From NCBI GenBank assembly GCA_977017645.1, contig OZ360252.1, positions 20,584,001 through 20,648,000 on the forward strand: DNA of 64,000 nt, in the 5' to 3' direction. The position numbers and the translations under genes were made by a program. Numbering within the stretch: the stretch's first letter is position 1; each line of letters begins with the position of its first letter. Shown one piece after another: positions 12,845 to 64,000 of this stretch. The notes under the pieces were generated by a model. The model had not been told where the DNA came from and did not search any database. It saw nothing but the letters and a program-made list of their open reading frames with translations. This stretch comes from Torpedo marmorata (Eukaryota).

Positions 12845-13784
12845 TGTTATGGACCATGACTGACAGTTTGGACTGCGGACGGTAAGCAGGAAGGATGAAG
12901 TTTTTTTTGGAGTACATACTGGGACCTGGTACTGAAAGAGTTAACTTGCCCAGGACTTCTTGTATTTACCAGAGAGAGACATCAGGGCGAGACAAACTGT
13001 GGAAATATACTTGGGTGTGGAACTTTGGAAGAAGAAAAGACAGAGAAAACTTTCTCTTTATGAAGGCCTCAAGTTCATTCGTGGAGAACTAAATCAGTGG
13101 CAGTTTTGGAGTTGCAAATGCGGGAGAACTCAGCAGGATCCAGGCTTGTGCATCCCAGAGAAGAAGTTGGGAGAATAGCACAGAGTCTCTTGAATCAGAA
13201 AAGTCCAGGCTTGTGCATCCCAGGGGAAACGGCTGGGAGAAAAACAATGCATGGTGATTCAGCAGAATCCTGAGTTGGGAGCAGCTTTTGTGAAGAACCT
13301 GCTGTGAAATTCAAGTAGACGCCTTAATCCAAAACGGATCTGAATTCGCAATCCTTGTGAAAACTCCAGAAGGGAAAGTCATCAGAGAAGAAAAGCAGGC
13401 CAAGCATTCGTAAGCTTAAACAGTCATTGTCTCTCTCTCCAACGTTCATTAAAAAGTCCTTCTTGCCAGCACACAGAGCTGAATTTGGACCCTGAACATA
13501 GAGAGTGAATTTTTGTGGACTGTATTTTTGGGACTGACTTATTTTTATGACTGACCTGGGGTTTTTGGGGAAAGTTTTTCCATTTTTACATGAAGGTTTG
13601 GCACAGACTGTAATGGTCTGGGCTTTACACACACACCTTTTAGATAAGAATAGTGTTTATAGACGTTTATAGTGGGGTTAATTGTTGTGAAATTATATGT
13701 TTAATTGTCTTTAATAAATATAAATTTCAATTTTACCCCTTTTGCATTGCGTCTTCTGTCGTTGCTGGTTTGAATTTTGTAACA
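12845..13784 (+). repeat. 3' LTR
   Basis: Direct repeat of 7835-8773, preceded by GTGGGTGGGAGG. Confidence 0.95.
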
Positions 13785-14079
13785 AGGAGATGTCAGGGGT
13801 AAGTTTATTACGCAGAGTGGTGGGTGCGTGGAATCGGCTGCCGGCAACGGTGGTGGAGGCGGATACGATAGGGTCTTTTAAGAGACTTTTGGATAGGTAC
13901 ATGGAGGTTAGAAAAATAGAGAGCTATGGGAAAGCCTAGTTATTTCTAAGGTAGGGGTATGTTTGGCAGAACTTTGTGGGCCGAGGGGCCTGTATTGTGC
14001 TGTAAGTTTTCTATGTTGTGATTGAAGTGCAAAACACTTCATTTTGTTCGGGTGCCTGCCTATACCTGTATTGCTCATA

Positions 14080-14510
14080 TCTTGATGAAGGGCTCATAAA
14101 CTTTGGTTATGTATCTTTATCTTTGCTATATAAAGTGCACCGTTTGTCCTGCTGAGTTTCTCCAGCATTGCGTTTTTACTGTTAACCCCCTCCCTTGATT
14201 CTCTCTTTCCCCTTTGTCTCTGTCTCCTTTCCTCCAGCTCCCCACCCCTTCGCTTTCCATTCAGTGAGCTACCTCCTCTCCATCACTTCTCAGCTCTTTT
14301 CTCTTCTACCCCTCCACCCGTATCCACCTATGACCACTTACTTGTAAGCCTGTGATCCTCCTCATGCACCTTCCTTCCTCCTCTCCTCCCCCTCCCCCAA
14401 CTGTCTATTCAGGCACCTGCCTGCTTTCCGTTCATACCACGACGAAGGGCGCAGGCCCTTTCTATAGATGCTGCGTGACCTGCTGAGTTTCTCCAGCACG
14501 TTTGTGTACT
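14080..14510 (+). mobile_element. Penelope-like terminal repeat fragments
   Basis: CTTGATGAAGGGCTC...CCTGCTGAGTTTCTCCAGCA motifs also present at the ends of the GIY-YIG-bearing copies. Confidence 0.6.
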
Positions 14511-14932
14511 GCGCTGCTCATTACCTGGTTAGGATGCCCTATCCTCCCTTCTCCGCCTGCCCTTTCCCTGTGGAAGCGCTAGTATCCCGATGCACCGGCC
14601 TGCTTCCTCTCGCATCCCAGAGACGTGCAGGTTGCGAGATGTTGGTCCTTTCCAGTCAGGTCACCTCGCTGCCACTCCTGACTGAACAGTCCACACTGCT
14701 GGACCGCTGATCTGGGCTACAGCTCTTCTCACTGCCACCTCCCGAATGTCCAAGAGGCTGACCATCGTGCACAGGTGCAGGCCATTCAGCCCAACAGTTC
14801 CACCTTTTCTTCCTGTGGATGCTGCATGACCTGCTGAGTTTCTCCGGCACGCTTGTGTATTGGTCAAGAAATAGCAATGTATTCCAAGCTGCAGCCATTC
14901 ATATCTGGGACCAGGTCCAACTACCCAACCTC

Positions 14933-15700
14933 CATAGAACCACAGAGCCCTACAGCACAGAAACAGGACCTGTGGCCCTTCTAGTCTGTACCAAAATATT
15001 TTTCTGCCTAGTCCCACTGACCGGCACCCAGCCCATACCCCTCCTCCTATCCACGTATCTGTCCAAATTTTTTCTAAAATGTCAAAATTGAGCATTTACC
15101 AATTCAGCTTGTTTTGGGCGGCACGGTTGGCGTAGCGGTTAGCGCAACGCTGTTACAGCGCCAGCGTTCGGGACCGGGGTTCGAATCCCGCGCTGTCTGT
15201 AAGGAGTTTGTATGTTCTCCCCTTGTCTGCGTGGGTTTCCTCCCGGGGCTCCAGTTTCCTCCCACCGTTCAAAATGTACCGGGGGTTGTAGGTTAATTGG
15301 GTGTAAATTGGGCGGCACGGACGCGTGGGCTGAAATGGCCTGTAACCATGCTGTATGTCTAAATTTAAATAATTTACATTTAAAACTTAAAATTCCACAC
15401 TCTCACCACTCTGTGACGAAGTTCCCCCTAATGTTCCCTTTAAACTTTTCTCCTTTCACCCTTAACTCACGTCCTCTAGTTTTTATCTCACCCAACCTCA
15501 GCGGAAAAAGCCTGCTTGCATTTACTCTATCTATACCCCTCATAATTTTGTACACCACTATCAAATCTCCCCCTCATTCTCTGACACTCCAGGGAATAAA
15601 GTCCTAATCTGTTTAATCTTTCCCTGTAACTCAGTTCTTCAAGTCCCAGCAACATCCTGGTAAATCTCCTCTGCACTCTTTCAATCTTATTGATATCCCT
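14933..15700 (-). mobile_element. CR1 3' fragment containing a plus-strand V-SINE at 15116-15362
   Basis: ORF 15527..15817 [11 protein letters not shown]...LYSLE..RMRG; SINE head GGGCGGCACGGTTGGCGTAGCGGTTAGC and GGTTCGAATCCC. Confidence 0.8.
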
Positions 15701-16776
15701 CCACCAGTCAGGGCTTGCGGTGAACCTGGATGGGTTAGAATGAACGCAATGGGGTACGGACATGGCGGTTAGCACGGAATCAGTCAGGAAAACAAAACAG
15801 AGAAACCAAAAAGGCAAATAAAATGTTAAAAAGGAATTTAATCATAAAAGGGTAAATATGGAGTAACTACAGGACAACTCTAAAACGTGTAAACATTTAT
15901 AAAATGGAAAAGAAAACATTTCTTTTTTTTAATTAAAAAAAACCAATAAATTAGGTGATAGGTTTGCTCCTGTAGAGCCTGACCAGGCAGCAGTACAACT
16001 TTAACACACTGGCCACTGTGAATCCACACACGAGGATTGCCCACTGCACCCTCTCCTGACACCAGCCTGCTTGTCTGGCTGATGTGCTCACAGTCCCCCA
16101 CAGTACCGGGATGGGAGGTACCTCCTCGCACACATTTCGTACGCATTGGACTGCAGCCTTTTTGTTGCAGCCTGCATGGAGTTGATTCTCAGCACTAACG
16201 CGCACACACATACCTCCTATACACACACACACACATCTCTCACAAAGCCTCCAGCCGTCCCCAAACACCTGTTGGACGCAGATTAACACAGCATCACGAG
16301 GTCAGGGGTGGTGGACAGGGCAAATGAATACAAATGCATGTGGTTACACTTTCACTACAGAATGTAAGAGAGTAGAGGTCTGGATAACTGGTAGAAGGAT
16401 ACTAAGAGTAAGGAAGTTATTTTTTTTCAACAACGCACAGAGGATTGTCACCCAGGATGTTTTGGATGGTCGATGGAAATTCAATTCTACCTCTCGGAAG
16501 GAAGTTCCAGAAGGAAAGGCTTGTGGGGCGGGGAATCTAACTGATCAAAGAGCCAGCGTCCATGCCCTGGATGAAATGGTTTCCTTCTGTGGTGTGAGAT
16601 TCCATACTTTCCGAAGCTGATTTTGCAGACAGGCAAGACATTAATGGGTCTACAGTGGTTGGGTCTGAAAACAAGTGAATGGGGAGGGGCAGCGATCAAC
16701 AGAGAGACCTCTGCCCAGTTCCTGTAATTACGGCATCGGTGCAGATCCTGGTTAGACAGAAGGGGCCAACCCTGCA

Positions 16777-17163
16777 ACACACACACCTAATCTGGGCTGT
16801 AGTGCACACACCAAATCTAGGCTGTAGTCCACACACCTAATCTGAGCTGTAATGCACACACCTAACGTTGGCTGTAGTGCACACACCATATCTGGGCTGT
16901 AGTTGCACACACCTAATGTTGGCTGTAGTTGCACACACCTAACGTTGATTGTAGTCCACACCTAATCTGGGCTGTAGTTGCACATACCTAATGTTGGCTG
17001 TAGTGCACACACCATATCTGGACTGTAGTTGCACATACCTAATGTTGACTGTAGTCCACACCATATCTGGGCTGTAGTTGCACATACCTAATGTTGGCTG
17101 TAGTTGCACATACCTAATGTTGGCTGTAGTTGCACATACCTAATGTTGGCTGTAGTCCACACA
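16777..17163. repeat. Degenerate minisatellite of CACAC/TACCTAATGTTGGCTGTAGT(TG) units, about 23-26 bp
   Basis: About 15 tandem variants visible directly. Confidence 0.9.
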
Positions 17164-17604
17164 CATCATGTTGTCTGCTCCAGTCAAGCACACTGCTCCT
17201 ATTCACACACACGCTGCTGCTTTCTTTCCCCCAGCTCAGAAAGTTAGCTGCCATCATTCTTGATGGAGGTTTTTGCCCTTGTCTGGCAATGCAGCAAGTG
17301 GTCTCGAGGCTGCGGCATCCTGTATAACAGCTGTGGTAACACAACAGTGTTTGTTACAGCTGCAAAGTCCCAGTAACGTCCCTGTGTAGGAAGGGTAGTA
17401 AAGCCACGCCACGAGTGGACTCTAATCCAATCATTAGATGGGGCTACGCTGTGCTCCCCTGGAGCTCGGGATGATAAGGGCTGCATCGACTGACGTGAAG
17501 GGAATGTATCGGCCGGTTGGGAAGTCCAAGAATTCAAGGCAAGGTTTCAGTGAAATTTGGAAACACTTCTTGTGGTGGAGGGGGATTTAAAAAAAAATCG
17601 ACAT

Positions 17605-17811
17605 TAACAGGCCCTTTCAGCCCACGAGCCCGTGCCGCCCAAATACACCCAATTAACCTACAACCCCCACACATTTTGAACGGTGAGAGGAAACCGGAGC
17701 ACCCGGAGGAAACCCACGCAGACACGGGGAGAACATACAAACTTCTTACAGACAACGCGGGATTCGAACTCCGGTTGCTGGTGCTGTAACAGCGCTGCGC
17801 TAACTGCTGCA
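17605..17811 (-). mobile_element. V-SINE
   Basis: Same family as 6951-7158. Confidence 0.8.
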
Positions 17812-18514
17812 CTATCCATGGGATGAAGAACATGCTGGCTAAACAAAGGTTTAGGGCAAGGGCGCTGGTCTGAAGTAGATCACAGATCAACCACAATCTC
17901 ATTAAACGGTGGGTTGACCGGTCCACGCACTGGGAGACTGGGGAGAGGTCAACATTCAGACACTGCCTAAAAGCCCCCCGAGGGTTCCATGAGGAGGGGA
18001 CAGCTTCTTAATAAATGCCAGCGGATGTTTTGGGCTGCTGGTGGGGGTGGGATCAGCACTGGATTCTCCTTGCAGGTTTGGGGACGTCATGATTTTAATA
18101 TGATCAACTACTGCAGTTCTGCTTGTCACCGTGGAGTACAGCCTGAGATCTGGAAATAGACAACCACCTCCTCCTCCCTCACACAGGAAAAAAACTTGGA
18201 ATTCCCCTAAAAAAAACCGCTGGAGACAGCAGTCGGGAAATGACGGGCAGGGAAGTGGTCGGTGCGCTGATGGGCGAGGATGTGGACTGCCCGTGAGACA
18301 GACGGGAACTGGGAGGGGGGCGGGAAGAGATGGCAGAAAGCTCCTGCAGCGAGGACGGCCTGCTCCACACAGTTCCCCACCTGGTGTGGGCCATCTCGCT
18401 TGGCAGCTCAGCAGGCAAGGGGAAAGGCAGCAAGGTAGAATGCTGGAGCAAGACCCTGTGACTCACCACCAAGAAGCCTCCCCGAGAGCCCAGGACTGAT
18501 GCCCTGTCTCCACT

Positions 18515-19280
18515 GACCCACCCTGGGACTCCAGGAGTGACACTGCCCCACCCCGGGACTCCAGGAGTGACACTGCCCCACCCAGGGACTCCAGGAGAAA
18601 CACTGCCCCACCCCGGGACTCCAGGAGTGACACTGCCCCACCCAGGGACTCCAGAGAGTGACACTGCCCCACCCAGGACTCCAGGAGTGACACTGCCCCA
18701 CCCCAGGACTCCAGGAGTGACGCTGCCCCACCCAGGACTCCAGGAGTGACGCTGCCCCACCCTGGGACTCCAGGAGTGACGCTGCCCCACCCTGGGACTC
18801 CAGGAGTGACCCTGCCCCACCCCGGGACTCCAGGAGTGACACTGCCCCACCCCGGGACTCCAGGAGTGACACTGCCCCACCCCGGGACTCCAGGAGTGAC
18901 ACGGACCCACCCTGGGACTCCAGGAGTGACACTGGCCCACCCCGGGACTCCAGGAGTGACACTGCCCCACCCCGGGACTCCAGGAGTGACACTGCCCCAC
19001 CCCGGGACTCCAAGAGTGATACAGACCCACCCTGGGACCAGGAGTGACACTGATCTACCCCAGGACTCCAGGAGTGACACTGACCCACTCATGTGCTACA
19101 GGAGTACCACTGACCCACTCTGGGACTCCAGGAGTGACACTGGCCCACTCTGGGACTACAGGAGAGACACTGCCCCACCAGGAGTGACACTGACCCACTC
19201 TGGGACTACAGGAGAGACACTGCCCCACCATGTGACTCCAGGAGTGACACTGCCCCACCATGCGACTCCAGGAGTGACAG
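18515..19280. repeat. 30-bp minisatellite (CCCCACCCCGGGACTCCAGGAGTGACACTG)n
   Basis: About 25 tandem units; explains the repetitive ORFs in several frames. Confidence 0.95.
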
Positions 19281-20106
19281 GCGGTCCCTCTATATCACAA
19301 CCCCAGGCCACATTCTGCCAATCCCAACATTCTGCAGTGGAGGGATGAGTTCTCCACACCTTCAGTGACAGGCGTGGAACACCTTCGAACAGAACAAACC
19401 ACCACACATGTCCATTTCCCCGGCGAGATTCATGTTAATCCTCACCAGCCACATTCTTGCAACCATCTTGTTAACTTTACAAAAGAAAACTGTTCATGTA
19501 AATATATTTATATTTATACATATTTGGCCATATTTACAAGGCGCACTCATCTGTCCTCGTGTTCCTGCCTTCAACTCCCGCACCACAAAGCACAAGAAGG
19601 CTTCTCTGAGCCACGAGTCTTCTGGTGCCCAGCTCACGGGCAGGGGCAGTCGCTGACGGAAGCGGGGGAGAATGGATCAGATGCCCTCCAGCCCAAGAGC
19701 AGAGATGCCCCCACCCGCCCCACCTGCTCCCTAGCCGGAGGGCTGGCCCCTTGGTAACTCCTGACGTTCACACGTGGCTCCCTCACGCCTGCCCGAGGGG
19801 AGGTGGGGAACAGGTGGGGAGGGGTTAGAGAGCAGGTGGGCTTGTAGAGCCTTGAGGTGCCCGCTGGGCTTTTGTCCGGTGCCAGGCACTGGCCTTTGGG
19901 TGCAGAAAGCTTCTGGTTGACGTTCGCTCAAGGAATGGCTCATATAGTACTTTGTACGCAACTATTGGTCGAGAAGAGCGAGCAGCCCCAAATGGACGAG
20001 AACATCACACACGCAGACGCGTGGAGAGACTCGTCGATCGATGGACTGACTTCGTGGAATGACGTCCGGGGGAAATTCTGCTGCACCGGACCCGCATCTC
20101 CCACCA

Positions 20107-62317
<42,211 letters not shown>

Positions 62318-62476
62318 CTGTGGTGGGGGGGGAGGGGGAGGGAGAGGGCAGTGCGGTTAGAGTCTGCAACAACAAGCCCTGCCATCAGAGTGCGCCCAGG
62401 CGAATGTGCCCACCTTCCCACTTCCTTTCCCTACGTTCCCAGGTGGGCAGCAGGGGCAGTCGTGGGGTTGGGGTGG

Positions 62477-62477
<1 letters not shown>

Positions 62478-62522
<45 letters not shown>
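62478..62522. repeat. (TG)n microsatellite
   Basis: Seen directly. Confidence 0.95.
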
Positions 62523-62524
<2 letters not shown>

Positions 62525-63485
62525 GCGCGCACATGTGATCGTGTATGTGTGCGAGCAGTGCCGCACCAAGAGGTCTATACAACCCTGGACCCTGGGATCT
62601 GTACAACCCCGGACCCTGCGCGAAAGGTGAGGTTTGGAAGTAGCGTAGCCGGAGCAGGGGTCGAATTTGGGATTTGACAGGTGATGATGTGAACTGCCCT
62701 CACTCCTGGCTGAACCGCATGGGAGAGTGGGCTGAGTCAGTGACCACAGACGACCATACCTTGACCAGGGCACACCTCCGCCACTCTCCGAAGGCCTTGG
62801 GACCGGCTGATGCATCTGCAGAGTGTGCGGAGAGCCAAGGGCCTTCCGGTCCCCGTTCTGCCCTCCAGAGTGGGGCGAGCCTCTCATTGTCTCTCCTTCC
62901 TTGTCTCCCCTCCCCTCCAACTTCCTCCCCTCCCACTGAACAGGTCCTGGTGGGAAGGTGCCTCCACATGCACTGGGGTGCCTGTAGCCGGGGGGGTGGG
63001 GGGGTAGTTTGTGGAAACCTTGGAGGGTTTAATGGGGATGGTATCCTGTGGCTTAAGATCCTGGGCGGTGATTGAGGCAGGAGGAGTGGAGGGAGTCATT
63101 TCACATTGAGTTGGGGAGGGGTTCAACTTGCTGGTGGGTGCTCAGTGGGAATGGTTGAGATGGGATGGTGAAGGGAACCATGCTCTCGGCCTTAGCCCTG
63201 ACTGCTGCCTTTATCCCAAGATGTGGCTCTTGAGAACCTCCTGCTTACTGAGAGGCACTCAAGTGCTCCTCCACTTCTCCCAAGAGCCTCAGCACCCTTG
63301 TTCAAGGAACGGGACTTGCCAAAGGTGGGAATGATTGGCTCCTACACACCAGCACAGGCTCATGGGGCAGAATGGCCTGTTTCTTCACTATAAATCCAAC
63401 GCGATTTCTCAGGTGGAACCTGTGTGTCACTGTTGCCGGCAGACTGCTCCCTTATGGTTCGGGCCCAGTCCGGTGTGGTCCTGGA

Positions 63486-64000
63486 GAATCAGGGAAACAT
63501 GACCCAGTCCTCACCGAGGGGTCAGCAGTGGAGAGGGTCAAGAACTTCAAATTCCTGGGTGTCAACACCTCCTAGGATCTGTCCTGGGGCCTCCGTGTCG
63601 ATGCAATCATGAAGAAGGCTCGCCAGCGGCTATACTTTGTGAAGAGTTTAAGGAGGTTCGGTATGTTACCGAAGACTCTCGAAAATTTCTACAGGTGTAC
63701 CGTGAAGAGCATTCTGGCTGGTTGCATCACTGCCTGGTACGGAGGTGCCAATGCACAGGACAGGAAAAAACTCCAGAGTTGTGAACTCGGCCTGCGACAT
63801 CACGGGCACCAGTCTTCACTCCATCGAGGACATCTACAAGAGGTGGTGTCTTAAGAAAACAGCCTCTATCCTCAAGGACCCCCACCACGCAGGCCACGCC
63901 CTCTTCACACTACTACCATCGGGAAGGAGATACAGGAGCCAGAAGACGAGCACTCAGCGGCACAAGGACAGCTTCTTCCCCTCCGCCGTCAGATTCCTGA
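63486..64000 (+). mobile_element. Rex1/Babar LINE 3' fragment, running off the window
   Basis: Homologous to 5020-5530; ORF 63609..63854 KKARQRLYFVKSLRRFG. Confidence 0.87.

Larger units (their letters stand above)
7835..13784 (+). mobile_element. Gypsy LTR retrotransposon, Gmr1-like (gag-PR-INT-RT/RH order), defective
   Basis: Two ~940-bp TG...CA LTRs, 4-bp TSD AGGA (7831-7834, 13785-13788), PBS, purine-rich tract before the 3' LTR, and gag, protease, integrase and RNase H remnants. Confidence 0.95.
7670..14017 (+). mobile_element. CR1 LINE 3' fragment (7670-7834 plus 13785-14017) split by the Gypsy insertion
   Basis: FSLERWRMRGDLMGVYKMMRG motif on the left continues as ...RVVGAWNRLP... 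and a GGGCCGAGGGGCCTGT tail after the 3' LTR. Confidence 0.85.
15815..20106 (-). other. FGFR1: Putative FGFR1 3' UTR (end uncertain)
   Basis: Mostly unique sequence after the stop. Minus-strand ATTAAA at 15837-15842 (also 15928-15933) is followed by a U/GU-rich tract. No transcript evidence. Confidence 0.4.

Noticed and set aside
14510-14775. Possible exon of a neighbouring gene (LETM2 lies tail-to-tail with FGFR1 in mammals)
   Set aside because: No recognisable peptide and no convincing acceptor/donor pair with an open frame; no LETM2-like sequence seen in 1-20000
15116-15195. tRNA gene (A/B boxes, GGTTCGAATCCC)
   Set aside because: It is the head of a V-SINE that occurs about nine times in the window
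18515-19280. CRISPR-like look of a ~30-bp palindromic repeat
   Set aside because: Units are contiguous with no unique spacers, the genome is eukaryotic and no cas genes are present
18179-19348. Long ORFs in several frames, e.g. (GVTLPHPGTP)n and (WSPGVGQCHS)n
   Set aside because: By-product of a stop-poor 30-bp tandem unit; no splice or start context

Overview
Vertebrate genomic DNA, most likely a cartilaginous fish such as a ray (inferred from HE1-type V-SINEs, abundant CR1/Rex1/L1/Penelope repeats and the FGFR1 sequence; not proven). The only host gene is the 3' half of FGFR1 on the minus strand: nine GT-AG coding exons from 62317 to 20107 (1185 nt, 394 aa plus stop) covering the juxtamembrane region, kinase and C-tail, with a probable ~4 kb 3' UTR. 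Most of the rest is nested transposable elements: a Gmr1-type Gypsy element (integrase upstream of RT, RT core deleted) and a solo LTR, L1 fragments (one with a twin-priming-type 5' inversion), Rex1/Babar and CR1 LINE pieces, Penelope-like pieces with hammerhead-like motifs, Chapaev3-like, hAT and Tigger/pogo MITEs, tRNA-derived V-SINEs, a 5S-rRNA-derived SINE and several minisatellites. I found no clearly new biological system. The best leads are the 5S-headed SINE sharing its tail with a non-coding retroposon, a GC-rich module shared by different MITE families, a MITE carrying a YY1/BANP/NRF1 motif cluster, and the L1 and Penelope junction structures.
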